Below, in pieces: positions 20,936 through 29,331 of a stretch of 64,000 nt of DNA (position 1 is its first letter; each line of letters starts with the position of its first letter). Source of the DNA: an uncultured Clostridia bacterium (GTDB lineage Bacteria > Bacillota > Clostridia > Christensenellales > CAG-917). Made by a program: the position numbers and the translations under genes. The notes beneath the pieces are model-generated. The model ran no database searches, was not told the origin of the DNA, and saw only the letters and a list, made by a program, of their open reading frames with translations. The DNA is taken from the NCBI GenBank assembly GCA_949286725.1, contig CASECZ010000004.1:23159-87158 (forward strand), given 5' to 3'.

Positions 20936-21880
20936 TCACGCCTCCTTGCCCGCACGGGGATAATACGCGTTGAGGTCGCCGAGGGAGAGCGCAAATCCCA
21001 TCGCCTTGATGTCCTTGCCTATTCTCGCGAGCAAACCGTCGTAACGTCCGCCCGAAAGAATGAGTTTGGGCACGCGCCGCACGTATCCCTGGAATATGAC
21101 GCCGTTGTAGTAATCGATGTCGTTCAGCACGCTGAAATCCAGTCTTACGCGGTCGAAGAAGGGCGTGGAACGCAGTTCGTCGCAGAGTGCGGAAAGTTCG
21201 TTGACGGCTGCGACGGTTTCTTCGGTGTCGGCAAGCGATTTCGCAAGCGCGAGCGCGTCTTCGAAGTTCGTACCCGCGGACGCCAGCGCGGCGAGTTTCT
21301 TCACCGCATTCTCGTCCGACCCGACGGCAGCCGCCGCAATGTCGTGCGCGTTGCGCGAACGCAGACACTCCAACACGGCTTTTTTCGCGGTGGGTCCGTT
21401 TACGCCGCAGGCGTCGAGCAACCCAGACACGAACCCCATATGCGACACGGCAAAGACGAACTCGTCATCGATGGTGGCAAGCGATTTCACCGCAAGGGAA
21501 CATATCTCGATGGTCGTTGCGTTGTCGAAGTTGCCTATGCATTCCAACCCCATCTGGTTGATTTCCTTGAAATCCGACCCGCCGCGTTCCGTCCTGTAAA
21601 CGCTCTCACGGTAGTACAGTTTTTCGCAACCGCTCTCGCCTATCTGTACGTTTTTGACTATGCTGAGCGTGACGTCGGGCTTCAACGCCATGAGTTTGCC
21701 GCCGAATCCCTGGAAGGTCAGCACGGATTCGCTGCCGAGAAAGTTCTTGTTTTCGAGATACAGCGAATATTCCTCGAACTTGCGCATCTTGTAGAGGCGG
21801 TAACCGTTGTCCTCGAAGAGTTTGCCGAGTTCGAGATAGGTTCTCTCGTCTTTTGGTAGGGTGCAGGTGTCAATCAACAT
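20936..21880 (-). CDS. hisZ: ATP phosphoribosyltransferase regulatory subunit (HisRS paralogue)
   Basis: 314 aa, class-II aaRS-like (...YKMRKFEEYSLY...LMALKPDVTLSIV...YYRESVYR...GGRYDGL), immediately upstream of short hisG. Confidence 0.85.
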   Translation of the reverse strand: MLIDTCTLPKDERTYLELGKLFEDNGYRLYKMRKFEEYSLYLENKNFLGSESVLTFQGFGGKLMALKPDVTLSIVKNVQIGESGCEKLYYRESVYRTERGGSDFKEINQMGLECIGNFDNATTIEICSLAVKSLATIDDEFVFAVSHMGFVSGLLDACGVNGPTAKKAVLECLRSRNAHDIAAAAVGSDENAVKKLAALASAGTNFEDALALAKSLADTEETVAAVNELSALCDELRSTPFFDRVRLDFSVLNDIDYYNGVIFQGYVRRVPKLILSGGRYDGLLARIGKDIKAMGFALSLGDLNAYYPRAGKEA

Positions 21881-22154
21881 CTTTGTCGTCCTCCGTCATG
21901 AGCGATTTCAGAACCTTGCTGTATCCGCCGCTTCCGTGTTGAATGCACCGGGATACGCGGCTCAACGTCGCGGACGAGATGTCCGTCTTCTCGATTATGC
22001 GGTTGTAAGTGTCGCCGCCGAGCAACAGCTGCGCGCATTCCACGCGCTGTTCCATCTTCTCGATTTCGGCGTAGGTGCAGAGGTCCTCGAAAAGCATACG
22101 GAACTCATCTTCCGATTTCAGTTTTGACAGTACCTCGAAAAGTTTCAAAGTCAT
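21870..22154 (-). CDS. TrpR-like YerC/YecD-family DNA-binding protein; candidate his-operon regulator
   Basis: The last 94 aa of track ORF 21870..22544 (MTLKLFEVLSKLKSEDEFRMLFEDLCTYAEIEKMEQRVECAQLLLGGDTYNRIIEKTDISSATLSRVSRCIQHGSGGY...). ATG 22154 has an AAGGAG RBS. The 3' end overlaps the hisZ start by 11 nt. Confidence 0.75.
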   Translation of the reverse strand: MTLKLFEVLSKLKSEDEFRMLFEDLCTYAEIEKMEQRVECAQLLLGGDTYNRIIEKTDISSATLSRVSRCIQHGSGGYSKVLKSLMTEDDKDVD

Positions 22155-22197
22155 ATTCAACTCCTTGGGCAAAGCCGTAAGACGAATTACGCAAACA

Positions 22198-22226
22198 ATT
22201 ATACATTCACGCTTTAAAGTTGTAAA
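22198..22226 (-). promoter_or_regulatory. sigma-70-like promoter of the yerC-like/his operon (TTTACA-17-TATAAT)
   Basis: On the minus strand the -35 is at 22221..22226 and the -10 at 22198..22203. The spacer contains the perfect palindrome CTTTAAAG (22212..22219). Confidence 0.6.
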
Positions 22227-22320
22227 GTGTTTTGCAATAAAATTCTTTAACAATTTAATTCGGTGAAGTGGCGGTATATATCGCGCGGGCGCGTCATAGT
22301 GTAATATGCGAGGTGTATAT

Positions 22321-23289
22321 ATGGCGTTCAGAAAGATAGTGGTGATTATGAGCGGGGGCGGAAGCACCGGTCTTGTCAAAATGTCGGGAAGTTTCGACGG
22401 ACTCAACAAGGTCAAAGGCGAGTGCAAATGCGACCTGGCGGGCGGTGAAAGCAAACTGTACGTGCTCGCCGACGAAATCACGGAAATCACGCTTGACAGC
22501 GACAAAAACACGTTTGAAATGCCGATTGCGGCAAAAAACGACATTTACTGTCTGTTGACGACGGGCGGAAAAACTTTGATAGGCAGTTCTGGCGGACGCG
22601 CCGACAGGCGACAACTCGAAGGGCGCATCGACCTGTACAAGCGCGAGAAAACAAAGCAGGCGAAGGCTCGTCGCGAAAGCCTTGCGCGCGAACGGGAAGC
22701 CGAGCGCAGGGAGCGCGTCGAAAGGCAAACCGAAAACGAGGAGGCGTTCGCCGCTCCGTCATCGGACGACGGAAAAGATGGGGCGTACCAACCGCAGGCA
22801 CCGCGACGCGAGGAAGGTTTGCGTCGGGCACAGGCACAGAATTCCGCCCGCGAGGAGCGCTCCGTGCCCTCCCCTTTTGCCGATTTGCAGGCAACGGGCA
22901 AGGCGCGCAACTCCGACGACGGATACGTCAATTCCGTACTGCGCGGCGGCGTCACTTACGACGGCACCAATTTTTATAAGGCGATAAAGCCGCAACTGGA
23001 CGAGATGTTCGTGCGGTATCCCGCCGAGGAGAGGCTGAACGCCGTCGTGCCCAACTCCAAATGGGTGCGCATCGACGTCGATGACGACGACTACTATGTG
23101 CTGGGCGTGCTCTTCGACCTCTCGGAGCCGACGTTCATATGTTACGGAATACCGGGCGTACGCACGGTCGCACCTCCCTCCGAAATCGCGGACGTCAGCG
23201 TGTGGCTCCCCCTCGACAACGCGCACTCGGACGGCGCGGGCTTCTGGGTCATATACCAGTCGGCGCACAACGGAAAATGCATAAGGTGA
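22321..23289 (+). CDS. hypothetical protein with a central Arg/Glu-rich low-complexity segment
   Basis: Track ORF 22306..23289. ATG 22321 is preferred because GAGGTG lies 5 nt upstream. Conserved-looking N- and C-terminal domains flank RRQLEGRIDLYKREKTKQAKARRESLAREREAERRERVERQTENEE. I recognise no family. Confidence 0.55.
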   Translation: MAFRKIVVIMSGGGSTGLVKMSGSFDGLNKVKGECKCDLAGGESKLYVLADEITEITLDSDKNTFEMPIAAKNDIYCLLTTGGKTLIGSSGGRADRRQLEGRIDLYKREKTKQAKARRESLAREREAERRERVERQTENEEAFAAPSSDDGKDGAYQPQAPRREEGLRRAQAQNSAREERSVPSPFADLQATGKARNSDDGYVNSVLRGGVTYDGTNFYKAIKPQLDEMFVRYPAEERLNAVVPNSKWVRIDVDDDDYYVLGVLFDLSEPTFICYGIPGVRTVAPPSEIADVSVWLPLDNAHSDGAGFWVIYQSAHNGKCIR

Positions 23290-23366
23290 ACGAGGCGGGA
23301 GTATAATTCAATCGGTCTGCCGAACGGACAAGCGACGCAGACGCGTAAACGAGTTCCCGTCAATGG

Positions 23367-23396
23367 AAAAACCGCCGTGGCACGGCGGTTTTTTTT
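23367..23396. terminator. bidirectional rho-independent terminator (orphan gene / rsmA)
   Basis: aaaaaccgccgtggcacggcggtttttttt: a 7-9-bp GC stem with an A-run upstream and a T-run downstream. Confidence 0.8.
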
Positions 23397-23414
23397 CGCG
23401 AAAAATTGCGACCG

Positions 23415-24254
23415 TCAATGCTTGTCCATAAGGTGGGCAAGCCTTACGAAATCGTCAAGCGACAGCGCCTCTCCCCTGACCGTGGGGGAAAATCCGAGTT
23501 CGCCGACAAGACGTGTTCCTTCTTCCTTGGGCGTAACGAAAGAGGCTTGCAGGTTATTGACAAGCGTCTTGCGACGCATTGCGAACGCCGCTCTTATCAG
23601 CTTTTTGACGCGCGGCACGTCCTCTGCCGCTATCTTGTCGCGTTCGCGGTCTATGCGCACGACGGCGCTGTCCACGTTGGGAGAGGGACGGAACATCTCG
23701 CGTCCGACGGTACGCGTCAATTTTGCCGAGCCGAACATCTGCACGGCAAGAGTTACCGCGGCATAATCGGCAGTGCCCGTTGCGGCACGGAAACGGTCGG
23801 CAACCTCTTTCTGCACCATAACGGTCAACGACCGCACATCGAGAGTGCTTTCGATAAACCGCATAACGAGCGGCGTCGTTACGTAGTAAGGCAGGTTTGC
23901 CACCACTTTGAAAGGTCCGTCGCCCACTATCGCGCGCAGTTCGTCGTCACCGAGTTTCAGCACGTCGCGGAATACGACCTCGACGTTGTCGAGCCCCTGC
24001 AAGGAAAGGGAAAGAACGGGTTGCAAAGCGGTGTCCACCTCGAAGGATATCACCTTTGCCGCTCTTGCGGCAAGACGCGAAGTGAGCGTACCCGCACCCG
24101 TGCCGACTTCCACCACCACGTCGTCCTTCGTGACGCCGCTGTCGGCGACTATGGCATCGAGCAGATTGGTGTCGAATATGAAATTCTGCCCCAACGCTTT
24201 GTTGAAGCGGAACCCGCTCGCTTTCAGAAGTTCGGCAATATTTCTGTTTTCCAT
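23415..24254 (-). CDS. rsmA: 16S rRNA (adenine1518/1519-N6)-dimethyltransferase
   Basis: Track ORF 23415..24422 trimmed to MENRNIAELLKASGFRFNKALGQNFIFDTNLL (ATG 24254). The SAM motif VVEVGTGAGTLT is present. Confidence 0.9.
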   Translation of the reverse strand: MENRNIAELLKASGFRFNKALGQNFIFDTNLLDAIVADSGVTKDDVVVEVGTGAGTLTSRLAARAAKVISFEVDTALQPVLSLSLQGLDNVEVVFRDVLKLGDDELRAIVGDGPFKVVANLPYYVTTPLVMRFIESTLDVRSLTVMVQKEVADRFRAATGTADYAAVTLAVQMFGSAKLTRTVGREMFRPSPNVDSAVVRIDRERDKIAAEDVPRVKKLIRAAFAMRRKTLVNNLQASFVTPKEEGTRLVGELGFSPTVRGEALSLDDFVRLAHLMDKH

Positions 24255-24433
24255 ATTTTCCCTTTGCGTACCGCGTATAAGGCGGTCGCCCTTGCACAAA
24301 TTATCGGTGTACCGAAGACAAAAAGTCGAAGTACAAAAGATGAGCGGACCCTGTCCGCACGATAAAGCAGGGGGAAGAAAACATTTTTCGTACTTCTGCT
24401 TTAATCGCCGACAACGGAGCAATCCGAAGTCAT

Positions 24434-24460
24434 AAAGGAGTGAACATTGTTCACTCCTTT
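24434..24460 (-). terminator. strong hairpin between the radical SAM gene and rsmA (possible terminator/attenuator)
   Basis: Perfect 12-bp stem aaaggagtgaac/gttcactccttt with a 3-nt loop. On the minus strand it is followed only by UUUAU, so termination efficiency is uncertain. Confidence 0.4.
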
Positions 24461-24466
24461 CACTTT

Positions 24467-25108
24467 TCAGTACTCATCGTTTTCGCTGACGAGCGGGCGC
24501 ACGCGGAACTTCGCTCCCACGCTTTCGGCGCACGCTCTGCACGCTTCGATTTCCTTTGCGCCTATGCAGTCGACGACGGTCATCGCCGTATCTATGCCCG
24601 CTTCGACGCACTGACGGGTGAAGGTGAGCATGGCGTCAAACCCCGCTTCGCCGAACTCGCTGTGGCACATCGACTGATACTTCTCGGCGTTGCTGGCGTT
24701 CAGGGACACGGACACGTGGTCGATGACGGGCGCGATGATTGTTGCCGCGTTGTCAACGCCGTTGATAAGGTTTGCCTGTCCGTTGGTGTTGATACGCGTT
24801 GCCGCCCCGCGGGATTTGAGATACCGCGCGACCTCGACGAGAACGGGCAAAGCGCAGGTCGGCTCGCCGAAGCCGCAGAACACGACTTCTTTGTACGCCG
24901 AAAGGTCCTTTCGGTCGAGCATTGCCACGACTTCCGCCGCGGTGGGCTCGTCGTCCAGCCAGAGGGGATTGCCGTTCACACCGTCCTTGAAGTTGCGTAT
25001 GCAAAAATCGCAGCTGTTGGAACAGCGGTTCGTCAGATTGATGTAAAGACTGTCTTTGAATTCGTATAATACCGTTTGCATTGTCACAATACGCAGTTTA
25101 ACCGTCAT
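24467..25108 (-). CDS. TatD-associated radical SAM protein
   Basis: 213 aa with the CxxxCxxC cluster motif in LTNRCSNSCDFCIRNF. Its ATGA start overlaps the tatD stop (the alternative ATG 25081 gives MQTVLYEF...). From memory it matches the TatD-linked rSAM family (TIGR04038). Confidence 0.8.
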   Translation of the reverse strand: MTVKLRIVTMQTVLYEFKDSLYINLTNRCSNSCDFCIRNFKDGVNGNPLWLDDEPTAAEVVAMLDRKDLSAYKEVVFCGFGEPTCALPVLVEVARYLKSRGAATRINTNGQANLINGVDNAATIIAPVIDHVSVSLNASNAEKYQSMCHSEFGEAGFDAMLTFTRQCVEAGIDTAMTVVDCIGAKEIEACRACAESVGAKFRVRPLVSENDEY

Positions 25109-25881
25109 TTCAGCCTGTTAAACAGCCTCTTTGCGTTCTCCGTAGTAATATCTTCCACCTCGGCGCGTTGCAAGCCGAGCACTTCCGCCGCCTTGTCGGC
25201 GACAAGATTGACGTACTTCGGGAAGTTGGTCTGTCCGCGATACGGCACGGGTGTCATGTACGGACAATCCGTTTCGAGCAACAGTCTGTCGCGCGGCACG
25301 GCAAGCAGGGCTTCGAGGTTGCGACGGGCGTTCTTGAAGGTTATCGCTCCGCCGAACGCGAAGTAAGCGTCGAACTTGCCGAACACGGGCACCATTTCCG
25401 CCGAGCCCGAATAGCAGTGCAACAACACACCGTACGTCAGTTTGTCCGCGTTGTCCGCGAGAATGCGCCTGCAATCCTCGTAGGCGTCCCGCACGTGCAG
25501 ACACACGGGCAGTTTGAGAAACCGCGCCAGTTCCAGCTGCTCGGCAAAGACTTTTTTCTGAGTTTCGCGGGGACTTAAATCGTAATAATAATCCAACCCT
25601 ATTTCGCCTATCGCCACGACCTTGGGGTTGCCGTTCGCAAGCGAAACGAATTCGTCGTATACGTCCTGCGTTGCCGCGCTTGCATCGTGCGGGTGCATGC
25701 CGACCGTGCAGTAGACGTCGGCAAAACGCGCCGCAAGTTGCGCTCCTTCGCGCGACGACGGCTCGTCGTAACCCACGGTTATGACGCTTTCCAGACCGTC
25801 CGCTTCAAGGGAGGCAATGATGTTTTCCGTCTCCCCTGCCAGTCGCTCGTCGGTCAGGTGACAATGGGTGTCTATGAGCAT
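25105..25881 (-). CDS. tatD: TatD-family metal-dependent hydrolase/DNase
   Basis: Track ORF 25105..25959 trimmed to MLIDTHCHLTDERL (ATG 25881, 1-nt overlap with the metG stop). HxH and later His/Asp ligands are present. Confidence 0.88.
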   Translation of the reverse strand: MLIDTHCHLTDERLAGETENIIASLEADGLESVITVGYDEPSSREGAQLAARFADVYCTVGMHPHDASAATQDVYDEFVSLANGNPKVVAIGEIGLDYYYDLSPRETQKKVFAEQLELARFLKLPVCLHVRDAYEDCRRILADNADKLTYGVLLHCYSGSAEMVPVFGKFDAYFAFGGAITFKNARRNLEALLAVPRDRLLLETDCPYMTPVPYRGQTNFPKYVNLVADKAAEVLGLQRAEVEDITTENAKRLFNRLK

Positions 25882-27857
25882 CAGCAGACCTCGCTGCCCG
25901 CGGGTACGGCTTTTTCGGGCGAAACGAGCACGACGTCGCCATCCGCGCTCACCGCGCACAACAGCATACCCTGGCTCTCTATGCCGCGAAGTTTGGCGGG
26001 ACGGAGGTTGGCGACGACGACAACCTGTTTGCCGACCATCTCTTCGGGGGTGTAGTATTTCGCGATGCCGCTGACTATGGTGCGCACTTCGTCGCCCATT
26101 CCGACGGTGAATTTGAGCAGTTTGTCTGCCTTCTCGACCTTCTCGGCGGTGAGGATGTGCCCGACTTTCAGTTTGATTTCCTTAAACTGCGCTATATCGA
26201 TGAGCGTTGCCACTCCTTCGGGTTTCTCCTCCGCGGCAGGTGCGGCGGGTGCCGCCTGCGGTGCGGGTGCGGCTGCCGATTTTCTTTCTTCGTACATTGC
26301 GTTCACCTTCTCGGTTATTTCTTTCACGTCTGCCCTTGCGAACAGGATTTCGGGTTTGTCGGTGACTTTCGTGCCGTCGGGCAACAGTCCGAATTCGCCG
26401 AGTTTGTCGAACGGACGTGCCGTCGCGCCGAACTGCGCCAGCACTTTGCCCGCCAGAGTGGGCATGCAGCACGCAAGCATGGACGACCCTATGACTATGC
26501 TCTCCGCCAGGTTGTACAACACGGTGGCGAGCCTGTCTTTCTTGCTCTCGTCGCGCGCAAGCACCCACGGAGCGGTTTCGTCGATGTACTTGTTCGCGCG
26601 GCGGAATATGCTCATTATTTCGGCGACTGCGTCCGCGACGCGGAACTCGTCGACCTTCTTGCAGACTTTGGCGTACGCGCCCGTTACGACGGCTTTCAGC
26701 TCCTCGTCCACGGCTTCGCAGACGCCCTTGTTCTCAACTACGCCGCCGAAGTACTTGTTGCTCATCGCAACCGTGCGGCTTGCGAGGTTGCCGTACACGT
26801 TGGCAAGGTCGCTGTTGACGGTCTCCGCCACGAGCTCCCACCCGATGAGACCGTCGTTGTCAAACGGCATGGACGACAGCAGGAAGTAACGCACGGGGTC
26901 CACTCCGAAGAATTTCACGAGGTCGTCTGCGTACATCACGTTGCCTTTGGACTTGGACATCTTGCCGCCGTCCTGCAACAGCCACGGATGACCGAAAACC
27001 TGTTTGGGAAGAGATTCGCCGAGTGCCATAAGGAAAATCGGCCAGTATATGGTGTGGAAACGCACGATATCCTTGCCGATGACGTGCACGTCGGCGGGCC
27101 AGTACTTCTTGTAACGCGCGTCGCTCTTGCCGCCGCACTTGTAGCCCAGCCCCGTGATGTAGTTTGTGAGCGCGTCGAGCCAGACGTAAACCACGTGTTT
27201 GGGGTCGGACTTGACGGGAATGCCCCAGCTGAACGAAGTGCGAGACACGCAGAGGTCCTGCAAACCGGGTTTCAGGAAGTTGTTGACCATCTCGTTCTTT
27301 CTGGAAACGGGCACGATGAAATCGGGGTGCTCGTCGTAGTATTTCATAAGTTTGTCGGCATACTTGCTCATGCGGAAGAAATACGCCTCCTCTTCGGCGA
27401 GTTTGACCTCTCTGCCGCAGTCGGGGCACTTGCCGTCGACCAGCTGACTCTCCGTCCAGAAGGACTCGCAGGGGGTGCAGTACCAGCCTTTGTAGGCGCC
27501 CTTGTATATGTCGCCCTGCGCGAGCAGTTTTTCGAATATCTCCTGCACTTCCTTTTCGTGGTAGTCGTCGGTGGTGCGGATAAACTTGTCGTAGGACGTA
27601 TCCATCAAATCCCAGATGCTCTTTATCTCGGCGGCAACGCCGTCCACGAACTTTTTGGGGGTTATGCCCGCCGCCTCGGCTTTGAGTTCGATTTTTTCGC
27701 CGTGTTCGTCGGTGCCCGTCTGGAATACGACGTCGCACCCCTGCGCGCGTCTGAACCGCGCAAGAAAGTCCGTCAGCACGATTTCGTACGTGTTGCCGAT
27801 GTGGGGTTTGCCCGACGTATAGGCGATTGCCGTTGTGATGTAATACTTCTTCGACAT
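25881..27857 (-). CDS. metG: methionine--tRNA ligase with C-terminal EMAP/Trbp111-like tRNA-binding domain
   Basis: 658 aa with HIGN (HIGH-type) and KMSKS motifs, a zinc knuckle CTPCESF...CPDCG, and the C-terminal ...GHILTAEKVEKADKLLKFTVGMGDEVRTIVSGI.... Confidence 0.95.
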   Translation of the reverse strand: MSKKYYITTAIAYTSGKPHIGNTYEIVLTDFLARFRRAQGCDVVFQTGTDEHGEKIELKAEAAGITPKKFVDGVAAEIKSIWDLMDTSYDKFIRTTDDYHEKEVQEIFEKLLAQGDIYKGAYKGWYCTPCESFWTESQLVDGKCPDCGREVKLAEEEAYFFRMSKYADKLMKYYDEHPDFIVPVSRKNEMVNNFLKPGLQDLCVSRTSFSWGIPVKSDPKHVVYVWLDALTNYITGLGYKCGGKSDARYKKYWPADVHVIGKDIVRFHTIYWPIFLMALGESLPKQVFGHPWLLQDGGKMSKSKGNVMYADDLVKFFGVDPVRYFLLSSMPFDNDGLIGWELVAETVNSDLANVYGNLASRTVAMSNKYFGGVVENKGVCEAVDEELKAVVTGAYAKVCKKVDEFRVADAVAEIMSIFRRANKYIDETAPWVLARDESKKDRLATVLYNLAESIVIGSSMLACCMPTLAGKVLAQFGATARPFDKLGEFGLLPDGTKVTDKPEILFARADVKEITEKVNAMYEERKSAAAPAPQAAPAAPAAEEKPEGVATLIDIAQFKEIKLKVGHILTAEKVEKADKLLKFTVGMGDEVRTIVSGIAKYYTPEEMVGKQVVVVANLRPAKLRGIESQGMLLCAVSADGDVVLVSPEKAVPAGSEVC

Positions 27858-27920
27858 AAATACCTCTCTGCGCCCGCGTTAGCCCGCGAAACGCGCCGTG
27901 TACACGCATACACTCAAAAT

Positions 27921-27949
27921 ATTATACAACCTTTGAATATTTTTGTAAA
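27921..27949 (-). promoter_or_regulatory. sigma-70-like promoter of metG-tatD (TTTACA-17-TATAAT)
   Basis: On the minus strand the -35 is at 27944..27949 and the -10 at 27921..27926. The leader is about 60 nt, too short for a T-box. Confidence 0.55.
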
Positions 27950-27997
27950 CGAAAATTACGGGCGCATACCCGCGCGACGGCACAAATAAAATATGGT

Positions 27998-28705
27998 ATG
28001 AACGCTGCATTTACCGTGCTTACGCTCGTGTCGCTCGTGCTGATGACGTTCACCGCGCCCGCCGCCGCCCTGCCCACGATGATAGAAGGCGTCCGCAACG
28101 CAATTCTGCTGACGCTCAAACTCACCGCAATCTATGCGGTGTGGCTGTCCGTGCTCAAAATGATGCAGGCAACGGGTCTCGACGCCAAACTCTCGCACGG
28201 CTTGCGCCCCGTCATACGCAGACTGTTCAAAGGCGAAAGCGAGGAGAGTTACAACCATATCTCCGTCAACCTTGCGTCCAATATGCTGGGAATGGGCGGC
28301 GCGACGACACCCGCGGGCATCAACGCAATGGCGAGCATGTGCCGCGAGGAAGGCAAAGCCACGGACAATATGCTGCTTCTGCTCGTCATCAACGCAACGT
28401 CCATTCAGATTGTGCCCGCAACGGTCATAGCCCTGCGCGCGGCGGCGAACAGCTCCGACGCGGCGTCCATATTCCTGCCCACGCTTATTGCCACCACCTG
28501 CGCCACCCTGACGGGCGTTATTCTTTGCAAACTGTTCTCGATGAAAGACCGCGGCAAATCCGCAAAGACGTCAACCGCCGCCGTCGGCGCACCTGTTGAC
28601 GCAACCCGCGTGCACCGTTCCGCACTTTCCTCTGCAAGAACCGCTTTCGGTAAATTCGCGGGCAAGTTCCGCCGCACCCGTCGCAACGACCCGACAAAAC
28701 CATGA
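27998..28705 (+). CDS. spmA: spore maturation protein A (nucleoside-recognition/Gate domain membrane protein)
   Basis: 235 aa, ...EGVRNAILLTLKLTAIYAVWLSVLKMMQATGL...NMLGMGGATTPAGINAM...; paired with spmB through an ATGA overlap. Confidence 0.8.
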   Translation: MNAAFTVLTLVSLVLMTFTAPAAALPTMIEGVRNAILLTLKLTAIYAVWLSVLKMMQATGLDAKLSHGLRPVIRRLFKGESEESYNHISVNLASNMLGMGGATTPAGINAMASMCREEGKATDNMLLLLVINATSIQIVPATVIALRAAANSSDAASIFLPTLIATTCATLTGVILCKLFSMKDRGKSAKTSTAAVGAPVDATRVHRSALSSARTAFGKFAGKFRRTRRNDPTKP

Positions 28706-29208
28706 GCCTCTACCTTCTGCCCGCCATTCTGGTTTTCACGCTCGTTTACGCCCTCTTCAAGAGGGTGAAAATTTACGACTGTTTTCTGGACGGCGCGAAG
28801 GAAAGCGTATCGCTCTCTCTCACGATATTCCCCTACATCGCGGCAATATTCGTTTGCATCGAACTCTTCCGTGCGAGCGGACTTGCCGCCAAAGTTTCGG
28901 ATGTACTCGCCGTGCCCCTCGGGTATCTCGGCATACCGTCGGAGCTTGCCGAACTCATACTGCTCGTTCCCCTTTCGGGAAACGGTGCAATTGCTCTGCT
29001 CGAAAAGATAATATCCGACTACGGCGTGGACAGTTATATCGCGAGATGCGCCGCGACGATTGCGGGAGCGTCGGAGACAATTTTTTACATATCGGCAGTT
29101 TATTTCTCGAAATGCAAGGTAAAAAACCTGCGTTATGCAATTCCCGTCGCGCTGTTCTCCTCTTTTTTCGGAATGGTGATTGCCTGTGCGCTGTGCCGCG
29201 TGATGTGA
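28702..29208 (+). CDS. spmB: spore maturation protein B
   Basis: 168 aa, MSLYLLPAILVFTLVYALFKRVKIYDCFLDGAKES...PLSGNGAIALL... Confidence 0.8.
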   Translation: MSLYLLPAILVFTLVYALFKRVKIYDCFLDGAKESVSLSLTIFPYIAAIFVCIELFRASGLAAKVSDVLAVPLGYLGIPSELAELILLVPLSGNGAIALLEKIISDYGVDSYIARCAATIAGASETIFYISAVYFSKCKVKNLRYAIPVALFSSFFGMVIACALCRVM

Positions 29209-29257
29209 AACGCGAAAGCCGCACGGGCGGAAAAAACGCCCGAAAAAACATAAACGA

Positions 29258-29280
29258 AACCCGCCTCGAAGGCGGGTTTT
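29258..29280. terminator. bidirectional rho-independent terminator (spmB / XRE-cupin gene)
   Basis: aaacccgcctcgaaggcgggtttt: stem cccgcc/ggcggg with a 5-nt loop, flanked by A and T runs. Confidence 0.75.
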
Positions 29281-29331
29281 GCAATGCGCCAACGTGCGCC
29301 CCTTTGCGGGCGTAGAAAAGCCGTGGTCGCG

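Noticed and set aside
26157-27989. 610-aa antisense ORF and 349-aa alternative-frame ORF (26860..27909) over metG.
   Set aside because: The metG frame carries HIGH/KMSKS motifs and the tRNA-binding domain. The others are Arg/His-rich shadows.
27858-27997. T-box riboswitch upstream of metG, and T-box or attenuator leaders upstream of the his operon (22155..22197).
   Set aside because: The leaders are only about 60 nt and about 37 nt from the predicted TSSs, far shorter than a T-box (over 200 nt). I saw no specifier/antiterminator architecture or His-codon leader peptide.
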